NCBI GenBank assembly: GCA_963727625.1
Contig: CAVSHR010000004.1
Span: forward strand, 1,056,001-1,120,000
Direction: 5' to 3'
Length of the DNA: 64,000 nt
Source: an uncultured delta proteobacterium
Lineage (GTDB): Bacteria; Desulfobacterota; Binatia; UBA9968
Shown: positions 20,426 to 30,627 of the stretch, piece after piece
How positions within the stretch are numbered: position 1 is the stretch's first letter
Layout of the letters: every line of letters starts with the position of its first letter
The notes under the pieces: generated by a model
What the model was told of the DNA's origin: nothing
Seen by the model: only the letters and a program-made list of their open reading frames with translations
Databases searched by the model: none
Position numbers and translations under genes: made by a program

Positions 20426-20774
20426 AAAAGCGGGGCTACTTTTCTTCTCGCTCCTCGGCCTGCCACGCGGACGAAGCTACTGCCGAGTCCGAACGTCGCT
20501 GCGTTCTGTGCTTGCCCATTCAACCTTCCTAACGGTCAGTAATTGGGCATCAAGGGTTCACCGATTAGAAGATTCCCTAAAACCGGAAAGTCTCCCATCG
20601 CGCCTTGATTGATTTCAACGAGGTGAACGGAGCAGAGCGATTGATCCTTCAGCGGGCCAAGGGCAGGCTCATTGAACGATTGGAACCTGTGTCAGCATAT
20701 AAAATTCTCGGCATCGAGCGCTTCTAACACGCGCCGACTTAAACTTTCAACGGAAAAGCAGCCTGTCCCCTTTT
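20424..20774 (-). mobile_element. Internally deleted derivative (MITE) of the 13.7-14.4 kb RAYT element
   Basis: Left end GGCTACTTTTCTTCTCG; right end GCGCTTCTAACACGCGC...AAAAGCAGCCTGTCCCCTTTT; retains the ATGCCGAGAATT start. Confidence 0.65.
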
Positions 20775-20868
20775 CTCTCTCTTCTCTCTCGACTCTGCTG
20801 TTGACGCGACACCGATTTCTTGTCATGCAAGAGGTCTCAGGATACCTGAACTATACTGGAGAATTATC

Positions 20869-21981
20869 ATGGCCGGCGTCGTCGATGCAGATACACATAT
20901 TATCGAACATCCTGGGATGTGGGAGCTCTTTGACCCGGAACTTTATCCACGTCGACCCGTATTGGCGTCGACCACCGATAACAGTGTCTACGGACATAAC
21001 AACCAGGTCTGGTTGATCGATGGCGTGGCCGTGCCCAAGCGCTTTGGCAAAGGCAGTGCCATTGTCGCCGTGGGTGGGTCCGACGCGGAAGAGGCGCGCA
21101 CGGACATCGCCAAAGCGGTGCGCTACATCACCGACGCTACCGCGCGGGTAAGCGACATGGACAAGCGCGGCGTCGACGCTGAAGTCGTATTTCCGACCCT
21201 GTTACTGGGCTACCTGCCGGTGGAGGTCGAACTGGAGGTAGCCATCTGCGCTGCCTACAACCGCTACCTGGCAAAAGCCTGGGAACAGGGCGGCGATCGC
21301 TTGCGCTGGGTTGTCGTCCCACCGCTGCGGGACATCCAGGCTTCGGTGCGCGAGATCGAAACTGCACGTGACCACGGCGCGGTGGGCGTGTTCTTTCGCG
21401 GCGTAGAGGGGGAGCGCTCCCTGGCAGAGTCCTATTTTTTCCCGGTGTACGAGGCCGCCAACCGTCTGGGGTTGGCCATTTGCATTCATACCGGTGCCGG
21501 TGCGCCGGAAATCACTAAAGTCTTTGACCGCAGTTTCAGCCACAACTTGCCGCACGTACGCTCGCTGCCGCTGTTCGCCTTTCGGGACCTCGTGGCTCAC
21601 AAAATTCCCGAACGCTTCCCGGAACTGCGGATTGGCTTCATCGAGGCGTCGGCCTCCTGGGTGCCCTACGTGCTGCACCACCTCGAACGGTCCAGCGGCG
21701 CAAAACTCAACGCCGGCGGCGACGCCGATGCAGCCATGGAGTGGGGCCCAAAGCTATTCAGAGACTACCGGCTCTACGTTGCCGCCGAGGCGGACGAAGA
21801 CCTGGCCTATCTCCTGACTCACATTGGCGAAGACAACATGATCATGGGCTCGGATTACGGCCACCAGGATCAATCCAAAGAAGATGGTATGGTGGGTGTG
21901 ATGCGGCACAAGAAAAGCATATCGCCGGGGGTGATCGAAAAAATTCTCTGCGACAACCCGCGTCGCTTCTACGGACTGTAG
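20869..21981 (+). CDS. Amidohydrolase_2 family protein
   Basis: VDADTH, VVFPT, CIHTG, FIEAS, GSDYGH, DNPRRFYGL. Confidence 0.9.
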   Translation: MAGVVDADTHIIEHPGMWELFDPELYPRRPVLASTTDNSVYGHNNQVWLIDGVAVPKRFGKGSAIVAVGGSDAEEARTDIAKAVRYITDATARVSDMDKRGVDAEVVFPTLLLGYLPVEVELEVAICAAYNRYLAKAWEQGGDRLRWVVVPPLRDIQASVREIETARDHGAVGVFFRGVEGERSLAESYFFPVYEAANRLGLAICIHTGAGAPEITKVFDRSFSHNLPHVRSLPLFAFRDLVAHKIPERFPELRIGFIEASASWVPYVLHHLERSSGAKLNAGGDADAAMEWGPKLFRDYRLYVAAEADEDLAYLLTHIGEDNMIMGSDYGHQDQSKEDGMVGVMRHKKSISPGVIEKILCDNPRRFYGL

Positions 21982-22366
21982 CGGCAGACCTGCCTTTTCG
22001 TCTTTGAGCGAACCGTTTGACTCTACCGTAACCACACCGGGACGTGCAGCGGACTGCCGTCATGCCACTTCACCAAGAATAACTCATGGCTGACCCCGAG
22101 TTTTGCCCCCAATCAAAAAGTAGCGTGTCTCCTTTTCTCGGCCGAGAATTTCGTAAAAAATGCCGCGATCCTTCAGCAAACTCGGCCGGCGCAACGGTCG
22201 GAAGTGCTCGAAGTCTTCCCGATCTTGCCGCTCGTGCGGGGCTCAGAACATGTCGTGCTATCGGCTTACGTTATCACTCGATTTCGTCTTGCAGGCGGTA
22301 TGGATCGACGCAGCTCCAGCGAGAAGTGACCGCAAAAAATAAGTTTGGACAGATTGTCATGATTTC

Positions 22367-24204
22367 GATTCTGCTGAAAAACCCTCTTGGTATTTCGTCA
22401 TATTAATAGAATAAATGTTGACAATGGACGGAGTGGGCCTCAAGGTTTTTCCATGAGCGTGAAACCGATCGATGCACAGAGAAGCTTTTATCACACCGAC
22501 TATCTTGCTGGAAATCTGTTCGGTCCGGCCAACCGCTACCGGCTGTTTCGGGAAAAGATTTGGCCCAAGCTTTTGGAGCTTGCGCCTAAGCTGGAAGCGC
22601 TTTACTGCGCCGAGAACGGCCGGCCGCCGATCGATCCGGTGCTACTTTGCGGGGTGACGCTTCTCCAGTTTATGGAGAAAGTGGCGGACCGGGGCGCCAG
22701 CGAGCATGTTGTCTATCATCTGGGTTGGAAGTACGCGCTGGATTTGGAACTGGACTACGGCGGGTTTCATGCCACGGTGTTGGTTTATTTTCGCAATCGG
22801 TTGGAGGAGAAAACAGCCGAGCGGCTGATTTTTGACGGGGTGGTGGATTTATTGATCGAGCTGGGGTTGGTAAAGCGCAAGGGCAAGCAGCGGCTCGATA
22901 GCACCCATATCGTGGGATACGTCAAAGCGATGAGCTGGATGGAATGCGCGCTGGAGACGCTGCGTTTGGGGTTGGAAGATTTGGAATATGAAGCAGGAAT
23001 GAAAAAGCGCCCAGAGTTTTGGGACCGACTGTGGGAGTTTTATGTCGAGAGCCATCTGGATTGGCGGTTAAGCAAAACCGAGCAAGCCAACCGCCATCGG
23101 CAATGTGGGCAGGACATCACAGAGCTGCTGGAGTGGATCGATACAGAGAATCCCCAGCTCGCTGAACGTGAGGCGGTGAAACTGTTGCGGCGAGTCTTTG
23201 ACGAGCAGTTCGCAGTGGTCGAGGGAAAGCTTGAACTGGCCACCCAGCGGCCTTCTCGCGCGGTACAGAACCCCCATGATCCCGATGCCCATTATGCCGA
23301 TAAGAAGACTAAGCAATGGATCGGCTACAAAGTGCACGTGGCTGAGACGGTCGATCCCCAACAACCGATCAAGAAAAAAGGCGAGCCCGCCGAGCATTTC
23401 ATTACCGAGATATTCACTACTGAAGCGGCCCAAGACGAGATGGCCGGCTTAACCGAGGTGCTTAAAACAGAACAACAGCACCATGAGATTACACCCCAGG
23501 CGATGTACAGCGATGCCGGTTACGTCACCGAGCACACCTTAACGCAAGCGGAACAAAACGGCATCGAGTTATTAGGGCCGACGCGTCCCGACCCGCACAA
23601 GGGAGCGTACAATAGCGATGCATTCCATGTTGATGTCGAGAAGCGTCAGGCGGTTTGTCCCCAGGGTAACTTAAGCAGTCAATGTAGCCGCATCAAAGAT
23701 AATTACCAGGGAACCGAGTACTACCGCATCGAGTGGGCCAGTCAATGCGATAGCTGTCCTGTACAAAAGCAGTGTACGCATTCCAAGAACGGCCGGAGAA
23801 CTTTAGTCGTCGGGGTGCGCCACGATCTGGTGGAGCAGCGGCGCAGAGAAATGAAACAGAGTGGGTTCTCAAAGAGCATGCATCCGCGAAACGGCATCGA
23901 AGGGACTCACAGCGAGTTGGTGCGTGGGCACGCGATGAGACGGACGAAATATCGAGGCTTAAGCCGGGTCGGTCTATCGCACTATTTCATGGGCGCCGCG
24001 TGCAATGTGAAACGATACCTAAATCTGCTCGCATTCCAGATGAGAACGCCGGTTCTGAGCCCGGCTTAAGGGCTCGGGGCCGTTCATTTTACTGGCTATG
24101 GCAGCGTTGCAGGTGAAAATTTTTTTGTCGTAACACCATTTGGGGATCGACAGCGTTTGCTAACGGCGGTCGCAATTCAAATTGACGGGTTTTTCAGCAG
24201 AATC
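22367..24204 (+). mobile_element. IS1182-like insertion sequence
   Basis: Perfect 18-bp inverted ends GATTCTGCTGAAAAACCC / GGGTTTTTCAGCAGAATC; 6-bp target duplication GATTTC (22361-22366, 24205-24210). Confidence 0.9.
22453..24069 (+). CDS. IS1182-family DDE transposase
   Basis: NGRPPIDP, RLDSTH, GYKVHVAET, DAGY, CPQG...CDSCP...C, RNGIEG...YRGL. Confidence 0.9.
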   Translation: MSVKPIDAQRSFYHTDYLAGNLFGPANRYRLFREKIWPKLLELAPKLEALYCAENGRPPIDPVLLCGVTLLQFMEKVADRGASEHVVYHLGWKYALDLELDYGGFHATVLVYFRNRLEEKTAERLIFDGVVDLLIELGLVKRKGKQRLDSTHIVGYVKAMSWMECALETLRLGLEDLEYEAGMKKRPEFWDRLWEFYVESHLDWRLSKTEQANRHRQCGQDITELLEWIDTENPQLAEREAVKLLRRVFDEQFAVVEGKLELATQRPSRAVQNPHDPDAHYADKKTKQWIGYKVHVAETVDPQQPIKKKGEPAEHFITEIFTTEAAQDEMAGLTEVLKTEQQHHEITPQAMYSDAGYVTEHTLTQAEQNGIELLGPTRPDPHKGAYNSDAFHVDVEKRQAVCPQGNLSSQCSRIKDNYQGTEYYRIEWASQCDSCPVQKQCTHSKNGRRTLVVGVRHDLVEQRRREMKQSGFSKSMHPRNGIEGTHSELVRGHAMRRTKYRGLSRVGLSHYFMGAACNVKRYLNLLAFQMRTPVLSPA

Positions 24205-24327
24205 GATTTCAAAGCCAGACCCCAAAGCAATTCCCCGGACCTGGCTACGTCCCGGCAGTCTCGCCAGGTTTATCCCAAAAGAAAGGGTTTCCAGCCTTAG
24301 AGCCTGGCGCAACTCCGCTCGCGCAGC

Positions 24328-25137
24328 TCAAATCAAAATCTTGCGCCGGTCCGACCCAGGGAAAAGTCTAGGATCGACATTATCAAAGACCACTTCGTCG
24401 AGATTGTTTCGGTCATTGTCGAACTTGACCGTCGGAAGCCTAAATCCGAGCTTTTGCTCCAGCACTGATCCCCAACAGGACTGTAAGAGCTTGAGAAACG
24501 TATCGGAAGCGCTTCTCCTACCCTGTACAGTTGCGGATAACCATATGCGGGCACCATCAGGAATGCCCGGCACAGTTGCGGCCACGTTAACGGAACAATA
24601 TATGATTTGATCAATGCTCGTATATCCACCGCGAAAAAGGTGGTGCAAGAAGTAAAAAACGTGGCTCGGACGAAAAAGAGCGCTTCCTTCGTTGACCAGA
24701 ATTAGCAACCCAATATCGTTTATTCTGTTAAAAGCTTTCTTGGTTTCTTTCAGCTGTTTTGCTGCTGTTTTCACAGGGGTTTGAAGTCTTCTCTTTAGAG
24801 GCTGGAGCAATTGCCACCTGGCTTCCAATGGAAGCAATTCAGAGCGGGCAAATTTCTGGGTCGAAGAGATTGGAGGTACTCGCCCAGCTTTTGCGTGCTC
24901 TTGATAAAGCGAAACGAGACGTTTGCGGAGTCGATCATCTTCGTCTGGATCGTGCTGCAGGATTTTGAGCTCCGCAAACACGCCTTCACGTTCGAAATAG
25001 TAATCAGCGTTTTCAAAGTTTCGATTCCATGGAATAAGGGAATCGACTCGGTACCCACCCGCGCGATCGACAATTTCGTCAAAGAACGGCTCAACATCGA
25101 GATAAGGAGGATTCACAATGCCAATTCCTCTAGTCAA
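24328..25137 (-). CDS. Hypothetical protein downstream of hsdM
   Basis: 269-aa ORF, lower GC than the flanks, co-directional with the RM locus; ADYYF...AELK resembles a PD-(D/E)xK motif. Confidence 0.6.
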   Translation of the reverse strand: MTRGIGIVNPPYLDVEPFFDEIVDRAGGYRVDSLIPWNRNFENADYYFEREGVFAELKILQHDPDEDDRLRKRLVSLYQEHAKAGRVPPISSTQKFARSELLPLEARWQLLQPLKRRLQTPVKTAAKQLKETKKAFNRINDIGLLILVNEGSALFRPSHVFYFLHHLFRGGYTSIDQIIYCSVNVAATVPGIPDGARIWLSATVQGRRSASDTFLKLLQSCWGSVLEQKLGFRLPTVKFDNDRNNLDEVVFDNVDPRLFPGSDRRKILI

Positions 25138-25155
25138 ACGTTATTTTCACAGAGA

Positions 25156-26644
25156 TTACGCTTTGGAGGCTCCAGCATTTAAATCTCCTGCAATCTCGGC
25201 AAACTGCGCTAGCGCTGCCTCCAGATCCTCCACTATCTCGGCGGCGATGATGTCGGGAGCCGGGAGATTCGCGGAGTCTTCGAGGGATTCGTCTTTGAGC
25301 CAGAAGATGTCGAGGTTGACCTTGTCGCGTTTGGCGAGGTCGTCGTAGGCGAAGCACTTGAAGCGCTCGCTCTCGGTCCGCTCGTGACGGTTCTCAGCGC
25401 TGTAGCAGGCGACGAAGTCGTCGAGGTCGGTGCGTTTAAGTTGGTTTTCCTTGAGCGTGAAGTGCTTGTTGGTCCGAAGATCGTAGATCCAGAGCTTTTC
25501 CGTCCATGGCCTTTCCTGCGCCGGTTTACGGTCGAAGAAAAGCACGTTCGCCTTTACGCCCTGGGCGTAAAAGATACCCGTCGGCAATCGCAGCAGCGTA
25601 TGCACGTCGGCCTGCTTGAGCAGTTCCCGCCTCACCGTCTCCCCCGCCCCGCCTTCGAACAGCACGTTGTCCGGCACGACGATGGCCGCTCGGCCATGCT
25701 GCTTGAGGATCGTAAATACGTGCTGGAGAAAGTTGAGCTGCTTGTTGCTTGTTGATGCCCAGAAGTCGTCGCGGTGGATCGTCAGGCTTTCCTTCTCCGC
25801 CTCGCCCTTTTCATTGACGATCGTGACGCTGCTCTTCTTGCCGAACGGCGGATTGGTCATCACCATTTCATAATTTTTGCCGCCCTGACTGCCGAGCGCA
25901 TCACGCACCTCGATCGGCACCTCGTCCGCCCCGTCCGCACTGATGCCGTGTAGCAGCATGTTCATGCAGCAAAGCCGCGCGACGCCGTCGACCAACTCGA
26001 CGCCGTAAAAGCGTATCGCTCGCCAGCTTGATCTTCTGTTCTCGGTCGAGTTGGTAATGCGCCGGATCTGAAAGATAGTTATACGCCGCCAGCAAGAACC
26101 CGCCGGTCCCGCAGGCGGGATCGCAGATGGTCATCTTCGGCTCGGGACGCATCACGTCGACGATCGCCGCGATCAACGGCCGTGGCGTAAAGTACTGTCC
26201 CGCGCCGCCCTTCACGTCCGCCGCGTTCTTCTCTAGCAGACCCTCATAAGCGTCGCCCTTCACGTCGGCGGACAACGCAGTCCACTGTTCTTTGTCAATT
26301 AGATCGACGATCAGACGGCGTAGCTTCGCCGGGTCTTGAATTTTATTCTGCGCCTTGCGAAAGATGACGCCGAGCATGCCCTTCTCCTTGCCGAGCGTCT
26401 CCAGCAGATGGCGATAATGAATTTCCAGCTCGTCGCCGTCCTTGGCTAGCAAGCTGGCCCAGTCGAAGCCTTTGGGAATGCGCGCAGGTTTGTTGAAAGG
26501 CGGCCGGCTCTGCTCATCCGCCATCTTGAGGAAAAGCAAAAACGTCAGCTGCTCGACATAGTCGCCGTACGACAGCCCGTCATCGCGCAAAATGTTGCAG
26601 TAGTTCCAGAGCTTCTGGACGAGTTGGTGAGATTGATCGGCCAT
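25156..26644 (-). pseudogene. hsdM: Type I RM methyltransferase HsdM with one frameshift near 26008 (possibly an assembly error)
   Basis: LVQKLWNYCN.LRDDG, GQYFTPR, DPACGTGGFL in the 5' ORF; NPPF, VPDNVLFEGG, YDLRTN in the 3' ORF. Confidence 0.9.
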
Positions 26645-26742
26645 GAGGACGTTACGTACTCCAGAATTTAAGCAGGGAAGTGAAAATAAATACGCGGTAC
26701 TGCCAAGAAGCCAAAAACACCAGGACGCGTAGCCCGCAATTA

Positions 26743-26970
26743 TTACGGATTCTTTTTGATGTATTCTTCCATTCGCTTACCCACGCCTATGAGTGTCAGC
26801 CCGACCACCTCCTTAGCCTTCTCGTCGTAGCGAACAATGACCCCCTCACCCACATCTACGCCCAATGCGGACTTTGGTTTGCCAAAACTGATGTAAAGGG
26901 TATCGGCTTCGCCATCATAGTCCCAATCCAAAGCAGCATTCTTTTTGTCAAACAGTTTTACCGCTTCCAT
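26743..26970 (-). CDS. DUF2283 family protein (putative antitoxin)
   Basis: YDGEADTLYISF...EVVGLTL. Confidence 0.8.
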   Translation of the reverse strand: MEAVKLFDKKNAALDWDYDGEADTLYISFGKPKSALGVDVGEGVIVRYDEKAKEVVGLTLIGVGKRMEEYIKKNP

Positions 26971-27269
26971 AAGACGTCCCTCCACTCGGCCGGCCGGCTA
27001 GCAAAGTAAGCAGTCAGAATAAAACCATCGTCTTCACTCAGCTCACGATAAACCACGCAGCAGTACTTCTCCGTGAGCGGCGTTTTCGGGTAGTGCTTAA
27101 CCGCGATCAACGTCTCCGAGTCGCCGTCCTGAACATAATCGGGCAACGATACTGTCTCGATAATGCTTTCACCTTGGCCATTCATTTCGGGATGTCGGCG
27201 CTCAATATGCTCCATTCGTTCGGGTGTTAGTCGGATTGGAACTCCTGCAATCGACTTGACGATTTGCAT
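26958..27269 (-). CDS. Putative RelE/BrnT-superfamily toxin paired with DUF2283
   Basis: IRLTPERMEHIERRHPEM...VVYR...GFILTAY; overlaps the DUF2283 gene. Confidence 0.6.
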   Translation of the reverse strand: MQIVKSIAGVPIRLTPERMEHIERRHPEMNGQGESIIETVSLPDYVQDGDSETLIAVKHYPKTPLTEKYCCVVYRELSEDDGFILTAYFASRPAEWRDVLWKR

Positions 27270-27335
27270 TATTTCACGCCGTCCTGCGGGTTGAAAGCGG
27301 CAATAGTCGCCGCCTCGCGAAAGAGTCGAGCGCGA

Positions 27336-27542
27336 TCAGTGGGACCGAGAGTACACAAGGCAGGCTTGAACGTCCTCCTTCTCCAACCATGAATATCCTT
27401 GGAGGATCGTTTCAGCCGTATCCCCAGCGGCGAGCATACTCAGGATATGTTCGACGGCTAACCGTCGCCCGCGAATTATCGGCTTACCGCCGAATATTTT
27501 GGGATTCACAGTGATCCGCTTTAGCAGCACTAGTTCATCCAT
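27336..27542 (-). CDS. DUF433 family protein
   Basis: RITVNPKIFGGKPIIRGRRLAV...LEKEDVQACL. Confidence 0.85.
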   Translation of the reverse strand: MDELVLLKRITVNPKIFGGKPIIRGRRLAVEHILSMLAAGDTAETILQGYSWLEKEDVQACLVYSRSH

Positions 27543-27572
27543 AGTCGACCTCATTCTCCGTCGTCGAGCAGC

Positions 27573-27780
27573 GCAAGCAATTCCTCGATCGTTTCGTCAC
27601 CGGGCCAGTTGTTCCACACTTCTTTCAACCAGCCGGGATTCACCGAAACCACACCAGTCTCAAAATCTTCGAGAGAGAATGCCGGGGCCCCTGATCGCGT
27701 TGATTCTTCATCCTTCGTCGTGATTGACCTCGCGTTAATGCCTATTTTGCTCTCTTCGGGAGAGTTTTCCAAGTTGACCA
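27573..27780 (-). repeat. About 208-bp direct repeat, copy 1 (3' part of an unknown gene ending [12 protein letters not shown])
   Basis: Near-identical to 30058-30266. Confidence 0.85.
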
Positions 27781-27789
27781 ACAGCGCGT

Positions 27790-28114
27790 CGAGCTTGCCC
27801 TTCTCTTTGCCGAGCGTCTCCAGCAGATGGCGATAATGGATTTCCAGCTCGTCGCCGTCCTTGGCGAGCAAGCTGGCCCAATCGAAGCCTTTGGGAATGC
27901 GCGCAGGTTTATTGAACGGCGGCCGGCTCTGCTCATCCGCCATCTTGAGGAAAAGCAGAAACGTCAGCTGCTCAGACCCTGTCCTGAGCAGCGTCGAAGG
28001 ATAGTCGCCGCTTGCCTGCGCGTGGCGCGCAAGCAGGTACGACAGCCCGTCATCGCGCAGGATGTTGCAGTAGTTCCAGAGTTTTTGGACGAGTTGAGTG
28101 GACTGTTCAGGCAT
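27790..28114 (-). pseudogene. hsdM: hsdM 5' fragment B with two in-frame palindromic insertions
   Basis: LVQKLWNYCNILRDDGLSY[LLARHAQAS]GDY[PSTLLRTGS]EQLTF...LGKEKG. Confidence 0.9.
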
Positions 28115-28148
28115 TAGGATGAAGCAGGAGTCTTGCAGAGAGATCGAT

Positions 28149-28376
28149 TTAGGGTTTCGATGAAAGATGGGCCGAAAGAAGTGCCGCGCTTTCCCGGTCA
28201 AACTCCCTCAAAGCGTTCTGGATGAGGTCAACCTCCCGTGCCTCAAAGAACGGTTCTCCGCATTGGGTGCACACCCATGCGGGAACCGCGTCCCAGGAGA
28301 CGTGATAGCCGTTGCGGTCCAAACTAAACGGAGCCGTTCCACGCTTCATCCGTCCTTTGCAATGAATGCATTCCAT
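28149..28376 (-). CDS. YgiT-type zinc finger protein
   Basis: CIHCKG...VPAWVCTQCGE. Confidence 0.85.
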   Translation of the reverse strand: MECIHCKGRMKRGTAPFSLDRNGYHVSWDAVPAWVCTQCGEPFFEAREVDLIQNALREFDRESAALLSAHLSSKP

Positions 28377-28399
28377 ATCCACCCGCTTGGGATTCCGGC

Positions 28400-28600
28400 T
28401 CATTCAGCCAGTTGAAAGTCTACGCTGCGCGTATCCGTCACACGCTTAGAAGCATCAAGAATCTCGAAGGAAATCAGGTTTCCTTGCGCATCGTAATCAA
28501 GAATAACTCCCGGCTTATCCTCGTCACTCTCATGCACGGGCGTATTGTCTTTAAGAACGACGCTCAGTGTGTCCGTTCTGGGATCGTATCTCACTTTCAT
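28400..28600 (-). CDS. DUF2283 family protein
   Basis: MKVRYDPRTDTL...ESDEDKPGVILDYD..GNLISFEILDASKR. Confidence 0.85.
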   Translation of the reverse strand: MKVRYDPRTDTLSVVLKDNTPVHESDEDKPGVILDYDAQGNLISFEILDASKRVTDTRSVDFQLAE

Positions 28601-28875
28601 ACATCGTCCCTCCAATATTTCGAAACCTTGCGGGTCCGATAAGCAGTCACCACTTCAGCCGGAGCCCGGTCCATATCCACAAAAACCCTCACGAGATATT
28701 CTGAACCGGATTTTTGAACGCGCGATTGGAGAACGACCCGATGAGGTCGAACTTCAAATCGTTGCTCCGGATTTCTGAGAACACTGTCAATGACTTCCGT
28801 GGTCAACCGTCGTCGCGTGAGCTCGATGGTCGCATGATCTGTAATAATATAGTCTGTGACCGGCTCGGCCGCCAC
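28597..28875 (-). CDS. DUF4258-like putative toxin
   Basis: TDHA...RR...YLVRVFVD...VVTAYRT; ATGA overlap with DUF2283. Confidence 0.75.
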   Translation of the reverse strand: MAAEPVTDYIITDHATIELTRRRLTTEVIDSVLRNPEQRFEVRPHRVVLQSRVQKSGSEYLVRVFVDMDRAPAEVVTAYRTRKVSKYWRDDV

Positions 28876-29055
28876 ATTGATCCCCTAACGCGAACTATTC
28901 CCATCTTGCCGTTTTATGAAAACTTTGCCAAACGCTTTGATAAGGGTACAATTTGTACGTCTGAATTGACCGGATCGGTGAATTACTGCACAGATAATGT
29001 GGCCGGTGACAGCGTGGCTCCTCGTAGATGCCCGACTGCTAAGCACCCATTTCTG

Positions 29056-29358
29056 TTACTTAGCGGGCACGTACCGATAATGCGTCTCCAACTCGTCGCC
29101 GTCCAGGCGCCTCAGGCTCTGCCAATCGACGCTCTTGGGAATCGGCGACGGCTTGTTGAATGGCGCCCGGCTCTGCTCGTCCACCATCTTGAGAAACAGC
29201 CGAAACGTCAACTGCTCAGAGCCTGTCCTGACCCATGCCGAAGGATAATCGCCGCTTGCCTGCGCGCGGCGCGCAAGCAGGTACGACAGCCCGTCATCGC
29301 GCAGGATGTTGCAGTAGTTCCAGAGTTTTTGAACGAGTTGAGTGGATTGATCAGCCAT
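29056..29358 (-). pseudogene. hsdM: hsdM 5' fragment C with two in-frame palindromic insertions
   Basis: MADQSTQLVQKLWNYCNILRDDGLSY[LLARRAQAS]GDY[PSAWVRTGS]EQLT...DGDELETHYR. Confidence 0.9.
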
Positions 29359-29397
29359 GGAGAAACGACATTTCTGAAAATATTTAGTGATCGGTCG

Positions 29398-29774
29398 TTA
29401 TGTTATGCGTGTCCCGCCTTGGCTTCCTTCCCGAATGCGGACTCGGTCGTCCTCCACGATCCAAAGATGGCCCACAAGTGTTTCTCGTTCCAACAAGGTG
29501 AGCCGAGTGGTCAGGCGCACGAGCGTGGTGATACTCTGTATCGTGGGTCGAAAAACAACGATGCCATGATAATCTTCCGGCGGGTAAGCCCGTATATCGG
29601 AGAAGTCGAGGTCGAGCGTAAGCAGAGCCCGGCCTTCTTTCCGGCAGACCTGAGCCACGTCAGGATCAATGCTACCGGCCATGCCCTGCTCTGCAACCGT
29701 CACCGAATCGTGTTGATACTGTACAAGCAGGTCTTTGATTTCGAGGGGCAGATGCTCGTCAATCTTACAACGCA

Positions 29775-29775
<1 letters not shown>
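29398..29775 (-). CDS. DUF5615 PIN-like toxin
   Basis: KIDEHLP...HD...LLTLDLDF. Confidence 0.85.
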
Positions 29776-30266
<491 letters not shown>

Positions 30267-30365
30267 GCGGTCGACTATACTCCTTGTGTAATAGTTCACC
30301 TCAACAGCCGAATTACTACGCAGTGACTGAATCCAGAGGGCGATCGGAAGTCAGCAACTGACGTT

Positions 30366-30617
30366 AGTGCGTCTCCAGCTCGTCACCGTCCTTGGCTACA
30401 AGCTGGCCCAGTCGAAACCGTTGGGAATGGGAGCCGGTTTGCTAAACGGCGGCCTGCTCTGCTCATCCGCCATCTTGAGGAACAGCAGATACGTTAACTG
30501 CTCAGAGCCTGTGCTGAGCGCAGCCGAAGCATACTCGCCGTACGAAAACCCATCACCTCGGAACATGTTGCAATAATTCCAGGGTGCTTGAACGAACTGG
30601 TGAGAGGTCTCAGGCAT
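30366..30617 (-). pseudogene. hsdM: hsdM 5' fragment D (degraded, one palindromic insertion, internal stop)
   Basis: WNYCNMFRGDGFSYGEY[ASAALSTGS]EQLTYLLFLKMADEQ...DWASL*.KDGDELETH. Confidence 0.85.
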
Positions 30618-30627
30618 AGCGGCTAAA

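Larger units (their letters stand above)
22142..24223 (+). repeat. About 235-bp dispersed repeat, copy 2, interrupted by an IS1182-like element
   Basis: Joining 22366 to 24211 restores the copy-1 end (TGATTTCAAAGCCAGACCCC). Confidence 0.85.
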
